Shown: piece by piece, positions 1 to 12,672 of the stretch
Layout of the letters: the number at the start of each line of letters is the position of its first letter
Numbering within the stretch: the first letter of the stretch is position 1
From: Eledone cirrhosa
Lineage: Eukaryota
Direction: 5' to 3'
Length of the DNA stretch: 64,000 nt
Assembly (NCBI GenBank): GCA_964016885.1
Contig: OZ024743.1
Span: forward strand, 330,212,001-330,276,000
Notes under the pieces: model-generated
Seen by the model: only the letters and a program-made list of their open reading frames with translations
Database searches by the model: none
What the model was told of the DNA's origin: nothing
Made by a program: the position numbers and the translations under genes

Positions 1-1504
1 GGAGGAATTAGAAGATGCCAAAAAAATGGTAAAGAAAGATGGGTACAGGGTCACCCCCCCCCCCCACACACATACACCTAATAAAATGGAGCATCGGCGC
101 CTATGCATCGTGTCTTATCGAACAATTAATGTAAAATCGCTCCGAGTGGAACGGGCATCCGAGTCCCAAATCCAAAAAGCTTTGGGACATGTGTGGGCAA
201 AAAAACCCCACATCAGACGTGGGCAGAAGTATGGAACCGTGGATGTGTTCTTTGAAACACCAGAGGAGGCTAGAGAACACTCCATGGCCCCATTAAGAAG
301 TGACGACTTCACACTCGTCCCAAGCTATTGTGGTCAGAGATTCGTAAAGATCAGGGTGACCCACGTTCCACCGGCCATCGAAATTCCCTGGCTAATAGCT
401 GCCGTCCTCGCCGGTATCGAAGCCAACACTAAGATAATAGCAATAGCGAAAGAAAAGCAGGAGAACTGGTCCGGATCTGGGATGGAGCTCCTGATCCAAG
501 CGGACCAAAAAAGCATTGAGGAGATCCCAGAGGTAATAGCCTCACTGACGGCAGCCACCTCACCGTAATTGTCGGAGGCAGAAGGCCTAGGTGTGTCGTT
601 TGTGGTGAAGGAACCCACCTAAGGCTCTCTGCCCTCAGGCTAAAAGGTTGAGGCCACCTCTCCTACCCACCCCAGTGACTCAACCATCAACACCACCAGC
701 AGCAGAGATGGCAGCAACAACTGTAGCAGCAACAACAGAAGCAACTATAACAGCAACAACCCCAGCAACAGTAGCAAAACCAACACCACCACCACCCAAC
801 GCTTCAGAACTAGCACCAGCGCCTACAACCATCCACCACGCCACAACCAAAACTAACGCCTGTGGAGGATTTTCCACTCCCCGGCCTATCACAACTGGAG
901 ACAGATTGTGACGACGAGGAGTGGGAAACGGTATCAGGAAAAAAAAAGAAACCAAAAAAGAAAAAATTCTCTTCCTTCCCCCTCCAAAAACAAAATACAG
1001 AGGGAAACAAATAAATTAACAAACAAAAAAGTTAGGACAGATATGACACCATCCACACCAGCATCAACAACCCCATCACCCCAAACACCAACACCATCAC
1101 CATCATTAACCCCAACACCACCATCACCTACACCACAAAAGTCACCAAAATGCGAAACAGAAACAGACCCACAACAAACGCAAACAAAACAAAACAACCA
1201 AAACGATACACACTACACAGCATTAAATTTGAACAACAAGCAATTATTACACTACATCCAACACAACACCAGCATCACAGAAAAAGACTACACAACGACC
1301 CAAAAATTGACACCACCTCCACACATACAAATCACTCGCATCACACAGAAAACGTACATGACACTAAAACAAAAATTCCCCAAAGACATCGGAGACTTCC
1401 GACAAGCACTCTCCAGGAGGATTTATAAGGACATCCTTCCTGAGGAGGCCACAAGCAGTGAAAAGGATGGAAAAACCGTCCTTCCTCTACGAGAAGTAAG
1501 GTAA
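1..1504 (+). pseudogene. Tx1 ORF1 (RRM-like region, CCHC knuckle, Pro/Thr-rich linker, basic NLS-like patch), frameshifted
   Basis: ORFs 26-568, 648-911 and 908-1504 are collinear with ORF1 of copy 3; knuckle C-V-V-C-G-E-G-T-H-L-R-L-S/C near 592-632. Confidence 0.85.
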
Positions 1505-1538
1505 GTGGTATTTCCCATCTTTTCCACTCCTTTTCAAC

Positions 1539-4500
1539 ATGACCTCACTCAGAATAGGCAGCATAAATGCGCGTGGCTTGGGGTCGTCATGGAAGCAGGG
1601 CCACCTGCTCAACGACCTCAGGTCACTAAACATAGATGTAGTGGCCATCAGCGAGACGAGAATCTCCGAAGCACGGGCCTTCGCACCGATCTTCGGCGGC
1701 TACGATGTGTACGCATCTCCCAGCCGTCCGGGATCGGGGGGAGGAGTTGCTGTGCTTTTTCGGAGAGGTTTGGATCTTGCCATACGGGCCATCTTCCTGG
1801 ACCTAGAAGGTAAGTTGGTGGTGCTGGACGTGACCAGCGGAGACGGGCAAGCTTTCAGGTTAGTGGCCGTCTATGCCCCGACAGGAGCAGGGCGGCCTGA
1901 TTTCTTCCGGCGTCTCGAGACCTTTCTTGGAACGTCCCGCTCTTTAGTGTTAGTGGGCGACTGGAACGGGATCTTATATGCACGCTGGGATTGTGTGGGA
2001 TTAGTGGATAGGGAAGGAGGGTGCAAGAGTCTCACCAACCTGCTCAGGCGTTTTGAACTGTCTGACAGGTACCGAATGGATTTCCCGAATGTACCAATGT
2101 GGACTTGGACAAATCGCATAGGGTCATCCAGATCATATCTAGATAGAGTATTTTGTAGGGAAATAGATAGGTCTAGCATAAGCTGTCCACAATTCAAGAT
2201 AGTTAGCTGCACGGACCACAAATTCGTAATCTGTGTGCTTGACTTAGATAGGCTTCATAGACGAGGACCCGGCTACTGGAAGCTAAACGCGTCCTTACCA
2301 GCGCGCAAGGCCTACAGAGACCGGATTAGCGAACTAGTTAAGCGGGCGTTGACGGGGGCCATCGTCAACAACAAGTGGTGGTTTGCTCTGAAAAGAGCAA
2401 TTAGAATAGAGTCCATTAGGTTTAGTAAGGCTTTAGCAATAGAGAAAAATAGAGCAGAGGGAGAATTAGTTAGAAAATTAGACGAGGCGCTTAGCAAAGG
2501 CATCGCGACGGACGTACTTGCGGCGAAATTGGCCCTTGACCAATTCTTCAATGCAAAGCACGAAGGCTGCGTTGTCAGAGCTAGGGTGCGTGCTCTCAGA
2601 CACGAGGGGACGAAAGCCGTTCAATGGGCCCGAGTGGCGGAGGCGCGTCGTGGCAACAAAGCCACGATCCGGTCTTTGGTGGATCACGACGGGCGCATGC
2701 TACTCGATCCCGGGCAAATGTGTGAAGCTTTTCAGCGACACTTCGCTCAACTGTTCGGGGGCAGTGGCGGGCCGGATCGAGGGATGGACTTTAGTGTCTA
2801 CCTCGACGGACTGCCGCGGCTTTCGGCCACTGAGGCGGAGTGTTGCGAAAAGCCGATAACAACCGCTGAAGTACGGGAGGCAATGACTGGCTGCACAAGG
2901 GGTAAATCGCCTGGTTTGGATGGTCTGCCCTATGAACTTTACGTACAAATGCCAGACTTGTTCGGAGGCCTCTTGGCGGACGTCTACTGCAACTGGCAAC
3001 AGAACGGGAGAATTCCCAGCTCTGTGAGCCGAGGAGCGGTGGCGCTGCCGAGAAAGGATCCGAACAAGGGGGATAACAGATAATTTTAGGCCCATAACTC
3101 TGCTAAACACAGAGTTCAAGATTTTGGCCAAGGTGCTAGCAAAGAGATTGGCGCTTGTCGTTGGTGGTCTGGTGGGATAGGCGCAGACATGCGCCATTCC
3201 CGACAGATCCATCCACGACAACCTCCACCTCATGCGATACATCGTAGAGAGGGTAGCTAGGAAACCTGGCACAGGTGGGTCTTTGATCAATTTAGATCAG
3301 CCGAAAGCCTTCGATAGGTTCGACCATCATTACCTAGCGGCAGTCCTGAGGGCGGCTGGCTTTGGGCCCGTCTTCAGAGGCAGGATCGCTGCCATGCACA
3401 GCGACATCTGCTCGGTAGTGAGAGTGAACGGTCACCTTTCGGAACCGTTCAACATCATGCGCTCGGTCCGCCAAGGATGTGCCCTCTCGTCCCTATTGTA
3501 CGTATTGACTCTCGAGCCATTACTGCACAAACTGGAGACGTTAAGGGGGGTCCCTCGCGAACTAGGATGCGGAAGATCCGTGTCAGCATATGCGGACGAT
3601 GTCACCGTAGTGGTCTCGAACGCCAAACACATCGAGGCGATCGGCACTACACTAAGAGAATACGAAGCGGTGACAGGAGCAATGATCACCCAGGAAAAGT
3701 CAGTGGGCCTGCAGCTCGGCACCTGGAGAGGCAGGTCCATGCCGTCCAATAGCGTCGTCGGGCGCTGGACGGACGGACCGGTTAAATTGCTAGGGGTCTG
3801 GTTCGGTCCAGACCTCCAGACCGACAGTGACGAGGTGACGAGCAGGGTGGCTTCTCTCACCCAGAAATGGGCTGAGAGGAAGCTATCCCTGAAAGGTCGA
3901 GCGGAGGTGGCTAACGCGTACATCGCGTCCGTCATCTACTACCGTCTGACCGTCGTACCTTGTCCTAATCCCCGCCTGACTGCGCTGGAGCGTTTGCTCT
4001 TTCGCTTCTTGTGGAAGGGACGCGCTCCGATGGTCAGGCGGTCCATCTGCTGTCAACACCCGCTACGTGGAGGGCTGGGCATGCCGTGGCTGATGATGCG
4101 CAGACACGCGCTCAGGCTACGACATCTCCACCTCTTCCTCGACGGTGATCAGGTGTGGTCGCCGTTTGCTAGACACGTTTTTCCCCAGCTCGTCTCCTTG
4201 ACGGAGCTGCAGTCCTGGGTCAAGCGAAGACCGAGAGGGAGCGCTTGGAGACTGGAATGTCTTCAGGCGCTCACAGCCCTCGACCAATCGGGCAATGTGA
4301 TCGGTGGAAACTCCACCTTGGCGTTCTATAGGGGATTAGTGGAGGGGAAGAGCGACGACGTACTTGGAGAAACTCTAGGCGTCGACGAAAATCAACTAGC
4401 CAATCTCTTCGGAAGGACTTTCGGGCCGGGGCCTATGGACAACTTCCAGAATCCCTGGCCTGGCAGTGCTACCGAGGAGCTTTGCCAGTTCGGGATAAAC

Positions 4501-4949
4501 TCTACAGGCATGGAGGTGCCGTCAGCCGGGCATGTCCGAGATGCGCGCAGGGCGACGAAACCGTCCTGCACGCACTCGTCCAGTGTCCGAGCATTGCTGA
4601 CTTGTGGGTTTATGTCGAACACCTGCTGTCACGTGTAGGACGGATCCAGCTATCAGGTGAGTCCATCGCGAGGATTGCCCCGCCCCCTTCCTTTAGCCGG
4701 GAAGGGCAGGCAGTTTTTATCTGTCTGGTGGCCATGGCGAAAGAGATAGTATGGTGGACACGTTTGAAAGGGCTGAAGACGAGCACTTACCTCTTCGGTG
4801 ATGCCCTGATTAACTTTTTCAAATTTTATTTGAAAAGGAAAATCAGGGTAGAGAGGGAAGTGCTCTCTTCCCAGCATTTTGTTGAAAGATGGGTGAGAGA
4901 AGCAAGTATGGCCCGAATGAATGGGCCTTCTCTGAGTATGTGTCTGTAA
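1539..4949 (+). pseudogene. Tx1 ORF2 (APE endonuclease, reverse transcriptase, C-terminal CCHC), frameshifted
   Basis: Motifs SINARGL, SETR, GDWN, SYLDR, TDH, KSPGLDG, QGCALS, YADD and CPRC...ETVLHALVQC across ORFs 1539-3083, 3232-4638 and 4482-4949. Confidence 0.95.
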
Positions 4950-5192
4950 ATTAAAGGTGGAAAACTGGGAGAGGGCACTTGCCCTGGTGGTCAGGGCCAC
5001 TGTGGTCTTTTAATGGGCTTTCTCCACAAATGTCCCTCGGAAGTCTCCCCCCTATTGGGGAATTTTTCTTTGTTATTTTATTTCAACCTCTGTTTTTTTT
5101 ACACGCAGAAATGCCCATTTGTACCGTCCTGTATTGTCCTGTACTGTCCTTAATGTCTACTTTATGTAAACCCTTGTGGTTAATAAAGAAAA

Positions 5193-5244
<52 letters not shown>

Positions 5245-5995
5245 TTTCATTATTGTTTCTGAGATATATGCCGTGGGTCTTCCTGACACCTAGAGTAAAT
5301 AAATTCACAGTGTGCATTGGTAAGCCAGTTAATACAGCACATTGATTATAATTTTAAAAAAAACAACAGTATACATATATAAACATGTGCATATGACTTG
5401 TTATTGGTCTGTTCGGACGTCTTTTGCTCGCTCCCAGTAAGTCGCTTTATTTACCTGTTATAATTATTTGTTGTTTAATTTTTCTTGTTGTGTAAGGGAT
5501 ATAAGCCCTTGGTTTTGCCCCGTGAAGGGGAAAGTATAATATTTGGGCCTTTTGGCCCAAATATTTGAACAATATTTGAACATTTTACTTTTAAAAATAA
5601 AAAAAAATGGCTGAGCCACGCCCCCCAGCAATGTGTCTGCTGTCGTGTGACAACGGCGTAAAAGTTGAGAGGAGGGTTACAGAAATTAATACAACAAACA
5701 CCACCACAAACAACGTGAACAAAGACAACAATACTGAGAACAGTAATTTTTAAAAAATTACCACACCAACTACAACAATAACAGCGACAACCAAAATACA
5801 GACAACAGAAAAAAATCCCAACACTGAAAATATAAGTAATAGCAATGGCAATTATTTAGATTTGTTACATACGGACATGGATTTCCCGCCATTACCAATG
5901 TCTACAGGTGTTAAAGCCGCCATCCTCCCACCACAATATCAAAAAGAACAACCAACACCACTGACACCACCACCACAACTGAAACTAAAAATAAT

Positions 5996-6183
5996 TGTTT
6001 CTACTTTTGCACAAGGCCAGCAATTACCCAATGCATTACTGGTACTTTATTCTATCGACCTCGGAAGGATGAAAGGCAAAGTTAACTTCGGCGGGATTTG
6101 AACTCAGATCATACAGGGAGGTAACTCTATACTTCAAAGCATGGCATCCGACCCTCTACCGATACTGCCAATCCACCGCCTTA
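5996..6183 (-). mobile_element. tRNA-derived SINE
   Basis: Reverse complement of the family copy at 42958; flanked by direct repeat ACTGAAACTAAAAATAAT (5978-5995 and 6184-6201). Confidence 0.9.
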
Positions 6184-6201
6184 ACTGAAACTAAAAATAA
6201 T

Positions 6202-9200
6202 GATTTCATTTATTGGCCACAAGGGCCGACATATAGGGGACAATACAAAAGACTGGGACAGTGGGGTTTTACAGAACAATATGAATAACAATAACAAAGT
6301 AACAAGAAAAATACAAGAAAAATTCCCCAATAGGGGGGGTGTCTACCCAGGGTTCGCTCAGGTACCCCACCAATCCTGAACGACCCGACGCTTCGAGAGC
6401 ACCATGGAAGGGCACCCCTTTATTCCTCAAATTTACCTACCTACAGCCGCATGACCAGAGTAGGCCCACTCACACGGGCCATTCTCGCCACATTCACCCA
6501 CCTTTCAGCAAATGTACTGGGGGGCAGCACTTCTCTCTCCACCCTTACCTTCCTTTCCAAGTGAAACGTGAAAAAGTTGATGAGGGATTGGCCGAAGAGA
6601 AAAGTGTCTGTCTTCAGTCCTTTCAACCTCGTCCACCATACAACCTCTTTCGCTACTGCCACCAGACAGAGGAAAATTGCCTGCCCTTCCTGGCCAAAAG
6701 AAGGTGGCGTGTCGATCTTCACTATGGACTCGGCCGATAGCGGATCCGTTCTACACGCGACAACAGCCGTTCGACATAACTCCACAAGTCAGTAATGCAC
6801 GGAGTAATGCACGGACACTGGACGAGTGCGTGCAGAACGGTTTCGTCGCTCTGCGCGCATTTCGAGCAGGTTCGTCTGACAGCACTTCCGTGCCTGTAGA
6901 GTTTATCTCGAACCGGCAGTGCCCCCCGGTAGGACTGGCAAGCGAGGGATTTTTGGAAATTATCCATCGTCCCCGGCTCGAAAGTCCTCCGGTACAGACT
7001 GGTTAGTTCGACTTCGTTGACTCCCAAAGCCTCTCCGAGTGCGTCGTCGCACTTCCCACCACTAATCCTCTATATAACTCGAGAGTGGAAGTTCCACTGA
7101 CCTTATTGCCCGCCTGGTAGAGGGTAGTGAGAGCCTGGCAACATTCCAGATGTCAGTCACCCAGTATCGGACTCTTCTTGACCCAGGACTGCAGCTCAGT
7201 CAAAGAAACGAGCTGCGGAAAGGCCCGTCTGACAAACGGCAACCACACCTGTTCACCGTTTAGGCAGAATATCTGGAGATGCAACAGCCTCAGCGCGTGT
7301 CTGCGCATCATTAGCCGCGGCATGCCCAGCCCTCCAGGTAGAGGGTGCTGGCAGCAGATGGACCGCCTCACCAACGGAACCTGACCCCTCCACAAGAATT
7401 TGAAGAGGAGCCGCTCCAAGATGGCGAGCCGCGAACGGGGGAAAGGGACGACAGTCAGACGGTAGTAGATGACGGACGCGATGTACGCGTTCGCCACCTC
7501 CGCCCGACCTTTCAGTGATAGCTTCTCGCAGCTCATGTCTGGGTGAGACTGGCTACCCTGCAAGTCACCTCGTCCCAATTCTTATCTACATGGAGGTCTG
7601 GCCCAAACCAAACCCCGAGCAACTTTACCGGTCCGTCCGTCCAGCGCCTAACGACGCTGTTGGACGGCATGAACTTGCCTCTCCAGGTGCCGAGTTGCAA
7701 GCCCACCGACTTTTCCGGGTTAAATTTTGTTCCCGTCAACCTTTCATATTCCTCCATTATGTTGCCGACCACCTCGATTTCTGAGGTGTCCGACACCATC
7801 ACGGTGATGTCGTCCGCATAAGCCGACACAGATTTTCCGCGTCCTGGCTCGAGCGGGATGCCCTGCAACAGCTGCAGCTGCCGCAGTAAAGGCTCGAGAG
7901 TCAATACGTACAGAATGGAGGAGAGAGGGCACCCTTGACGGACCGATCGGGAGACCTGAAACGGTTCCGAGAGGTGGCCATTAATTTTGACCACCGAGCA
8001 GGTGCTTGTGCATTGCAGCGATCCAGCTTCTGAAGACGGGGCCGAAGCCAGCCGCCTTGAGGACAGCCTCCAGGTACCGATGGTCAATTTAGATCAATCG
8101 AAAGCATTCGATAGGGTCTATCGAATGCTTTCGATTGATCTAAATTGATCAGAGCCCCACTGAAGCCAAGTTTACACCCTACCCTCTCTATGATGTATCG
8201 CATCAGGTGGTGGTTGTCGTGTATGGACCTGGTTGGGATTGCGCAAGTTTGCGCCTCCCCAACCAAATCCCCGACGACAAGCGCCAACCTTTTCTCTAAC
8301 ACCCTGGCCAAAATCTTAAACTCTATGTTGAGAAGATTTATGGGCCTGAAATTGTCTAATGTGTCCCTTTTGTTCTCCTCTTTCCTTATCAGCGTCACTA
8401 CGCCCCGGCTCACAGAACTGGGAATGCTGCCGTTCTGCTGCCAGTTGCAGTAGAGCGCTTCGAGGAGATTGGAGAACAAGTCTGGCATATTTACGTAAAG
8501 CTCGTGGGGCAGACCATCCAAAGCGGGTGACTTGTGCCTCATACAGCCGACAAGGGCATCCTGAATCTTGGTTGAAGTAATTGGCCTTTCGCAGCGCCCA
8601 GCGTCGGCCGTCGAGAGTTGCGGCAAGCCATCTAGGTAGGGACTGAAGTCCGCCACCGTCTCTGACCCGCCACTTCCCCCGCTCAACCTAGCAAAATGTT
8701 GACGAAAGGCCTCACACATCCGCTTGGAATCGCTCAGCTCGTGTACATCTCGGTCCGTCAAAGACCGAATCGTGGTTTTATTACCAAGCTGCGCCTCTGC
8801 CACGCGAGCCCATCGAACAGCTTTGGTTCCCTCGTTTCTCAGAGCACGCACCTTAGCTCTGACAATGCAACCTTCGTGTTTCGCATTGAAGAAATGGTCT
8901 AATGCCATTCTCGCCGCTTGCACGTTAGTTGCAATGCCACTACAAATAGCCTCGTCTAACATATCTACCAACCTCCCCTCCTTTCTATTTTTCTCTAACG
9001 CTTCTTCTTTGCTAAACTCTATCGACATTATCCTAATCTCTCTTTTGAGAGCCCCCCCCCCACCATCTATTGTTGACGACTCCCCCTGTCAACCTTTTCT
9101 TAACTAAATTGTTGACCTGGTCCCTGTAAGCCTTACGTGCCGGAAATTACATGTTCAGCTTCCAGAAACCTGGTCCTAACCTACGCGTCTTATCTAGGTC

Positions 9201-10796
9201 GACCATACAGATCACAAACTTGTGATCTGAATAGGCGACCGTTTTAAAACGTGGACAGCTTACACTATTTCTGTGTATTTTCCTAATGAATATCCTGTCT
9301 ATATACGATCTAGATGACACTATACGGTTAGTCCAGGTCCACACTGGCGCATTAGGGAAATCTAGTCGGTACCTGTCAGACAGTTGGAACTGGCTGATCA
9401 GGTTCTTGAGGCTTTTGCACCTCCCGCTCCTATCGCATACTCCCACACAGTCCCAGCGTGCGTCTAAGATGCCGTTCCAGTCCCCCGCTAACAGTAAAGG
9501 GCGAGACGTACCCAAAAAGGCTTCCAGACGTCTAAAGAAGTCCAGCCGTCCTGCCACAGTAGACGGCCACCAGTCTAAAGGCAGCACCATCGTTATTGTT
9601 CACGTCCAGGACCACCAACTTCCGGTTCGGGTCCCGGAAGATCGACCTTACCTCGAGATCCAGGCCTTTCCTAAACAGCACTGCCACTCCGCCTCCCATT
9701 CCCGGCCGACTAACAGATGAACAGATGCAAAGATCTGATAGTCGTCGAAAATGGGGGCTAGTGCGCGCGTGTCGGAAATCCTGGTCTCGCTGACGGAAAT
9801 TACATCCATTTCTAGAGACCTGAGGTCGTTGAGCAGGTGACCCTGCTTCCAGGACGATCCCAGGCCTCAAACATTTAAATTTTCTACTCTTAATACGGCC
9901 ATGTTGGCACGTTAAAAGAGAGAGAGGAAAGGTTTACTTACCTTCCGGGCTCTTGTGAAGGTCGGGTGGTTCGACCTCCATAGTTGGTGGGGTTTCTTTT
10001 GGGAACCCCTTTAAAAGTCTTGAAGTGGGTTTTACGTTCGGGGTTCCCATGTCCCGAAGAAAGCTGTCTCGTATCTCTTTGTATAAATCGAGCGACATTC
10101 GAACCAGAAACAAATCTTCCGGCACGCGAAATGTGCTCGATTTAAAAATGTCCCCCTCTTTTTGTATATTTTCACTTCGTGCTACGAGGGCCATCAGTTA
10201 CTTATTGGCCCTCCTGACGAGCATGAAGTTTTGTATGTTTTGTTGGTGTGATTTTATTTGTTTACGTGGCAGTGGTGGTGATGGTTTTGAAGGTGTTGTT
10301 TCGGTTGTGTCTGTATGTTGTGAGTGCGGTGTCTGTGGTTTCAGATGTTTGTGTGTGTATTTGTTCTTGCATCTGTTTAGGTTGTTTGCCTTTGGGGGAT
10401 TCTGGTGATGGTGATGGTGGTGTTGATGTTGGTGTTATTGGGGAGATGTTTGCGTGGGTGGTGTCTTCATTTTTTATAGTGGGTGATTTTGTGCTTTGTT
10501 GAGTTTTTTTTTTTCTTTCTTTCCTTTATTGTTTTTGGGGAGATTTTGGTTTTCCCTCATCTTCACTACTGGTAGATGAGGGGTCTGTGCCTGGAAGTGT
10601 GTCTGTGTGTTTAATTTTTTATTGGTATGTGTATTTGGGGGGGGGGGGGAATTTGACAAATTTCCTCGTTTCCTCCCTGGGTGGTCAATGTTGGTGGTGG
10701 TTTTTCTATTGGTGTTGTTGCTGGTGGTTTTGCCGGTGCTGGTGTTGGTTGTGGTCCTCGCCCCGGCGTCTGCAGCAGTGGAGCCCTTCGACCCCT
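6202..10796 (-). mobile_element. Tx1 copy 2, 5'-truncated, inserted antisense into ORF1 of copy 3
   Basis: Minus-strand fragments of APE (9147-9902), RT (7533-9028, YADD) and CCHC (6441-7027); ORF1 C-terminus 9934-10194; AATAAA near 6210; 18-bp TSD at 6184-6201 and 10797-10814. Confidence 0.92.
6441..9902 (-). pseudogene. Tx1 ORF2 of copy 2, many frameshifts
   Basis: Motifs GDWN, SYIDR, SDH, KSPALDG, QGCPLS, YADD and CSKC...HALVQC. Confidence 0.92.
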
Positions 10797-12203
10797 ACTG
10801 AAACTAAAAATAATAATAACAAAAATAACAATAACAACAACAGCAACAACAGCGACAATGAGAATAACAACAACAACAACATCAACACCAGCGCAAAACC
10901 AAATGTGTCGTTTGCTAAAGCGGCAAACAAAACTGAAACAGTTGAGGTAAGCCAGGAAGAATTGAATGAAGCCAAGCGAATGGTAAAAAAATATGGTTAC
11001 AGGGTCAGCCTCACCCCCAAGCTAATACCATGGAGCATCGGCGCCTATGCACCGTGTCATATCGGACGGACGATAAATATTAAAACGCGCCGAGTGGAAC
11101 GGGCATCCGAGTCCCAGATACAAAAAGCTTTGGGACATGTGTGGGCTCAAAAAACCCACATCAGACGTGGGCAAAAATATGGAACCCTGAACGTGTTCTT
11201 TGGTACCCACAGGAAGCCAGAGAGCACTCCATGGCCCCATTAAAAAGTGACGAGTTCACATTCGTCCCAAGCTATCATGGTCAGAGGCTGGTAAGGATCA
11301 GGGTGGCCCAGGTTCCGCCGGCCATTGACATTTTCTGGCTAATGGCTGCCGTCCTCGCCGACATCGAGGTCGACACTAAAGTAATTGAGGTGATAAAAGT
11401 AAAGCAGGAGAACTGGTCCGAATCTGGAATGGAGCTCCTGATCCAAGCGGGCCAAAAAAATATACAGGAAATTCCAGAGGTGATAGACCTCAATGACGGC
11501 AACCACCTCACCGTAATCATTGAGGGTAGAAGGCCTAGGTGTGTCGCTTGGGGTGAAGGAAACCACCTAAAGGCTTTCTGCCCTCAGGTTAAAAAGTTGA
11601 GGCCACCTTTCCTACCCACCAAATGACTCAACCATCAAAACCAGCAGCAGAAATGGCAGGAACAACTGTAGCAGCAACAACAAAAGCAACTGTAGCAGCA
11701 ACAACCCCAGCAACTGTAGCAGCAACAACCCCAGCAACTGTAGCAGCAACAGTAGCAAAACCAACACCACCACCATCCACCGCGACAGAATTAGTACCAG
11801 CACCTCCACCATCCACCACGCCACAACCAAATCCAACGCCAGTGGAGGATTTTCCACTCCACGGCCTATCGCAACTGGAGACAGATTGTGACGACGAGGA
11901 GTGGGAAACTGTATCTGGAAAAAAGAAAAAGAAAAGAAACCAAATAAGAAAAAGTCCTCTTCCTCGCCCTCCAAAAACAAAATGCAGGGCGAAACAAACA
12001 AACTAACAAAAAAGTTAAGACAGTTATGTCACCACCCACACAAGCATCACCAGCCCCATCACCACAAACACCAACACCATCACCATCATTAACCCCAACA
12101 CCACCATCACTAACACCACAAAAGTCACCAACAAGCGAAACAGAAACAAACGCAAACAAAACAAAGCAACCAAAACGATACACACTACACAGCATTAAAT
12201 TTG

Positions 12204-12383
12204 GATTGGCAGTATCAGTAGAAAGTCGGACGCCATGCTTTGCAGCATAGAGTTACGCCCCTTTATTGTGTGAGTTCAAATCCCGCCGAGGTTCACTTTG
12301 CCTTTCATCCTTACGGGGTCGATAAAATAAAGTACCAGTTATGTACTGGAGTAATTGCTGGCCTTGTGCCAAAAGTAGAAACA
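12204..12383 (+). mobile_element. tRNA-derived SINE inserted in ORF1 of copy 3
   Basis: A-box TGGCAGTATCAG, B-box GAGTTCAAATCC; TSD ATTAAATTTG at 12194-12203 and 12384-12393; empty site visible in copy 1 (~1222-1232). Confidence 0.93.
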
Positions 12384-12672
12384 ATTAAATTTGAACAACA
12401 ACCAATTATTACACTTCATCCGACACAACACCACAACAATTCAAACCACCCCCACACATACAAATCACTCGCATTATATAGAAAACGTACAGGACACTAA
12501 AATTAAAATTCCCCCAAGGACATCGGAGACTTCCGACAAACACTCTCCAGGAGGATTTATAAAGACGTCCTTCCGGAGGGGTTACAAACAGTGAGAAAGA
12601 CGGGAAAACCATCCTTCCTCCAGAAGAGGTGAGGTAAGTAGTCTTTCCCATCTTTTTCCACTCCTTTTCAAC

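Larger units (their letters stand above)
1..5243 (+). mobile_element. Tx1/L1-clade non-LTR retrotransposon, copy 1 (ATT-tailed group); 5' end outside window; decayed
   Basis: ORF1 fragments at 26-1504 and ORF2 fragments at 1539-4949; AATAAA at 5182, then an (ATT)n tail at 5194-5243. Confidence 0.95.

Noticed and set aside
1871-2551. Antisense ORFs recurring in several Tx1 copies
   Set aside because: Shadow frames of the conserved ORF2 coding strand, with no independent motifs.
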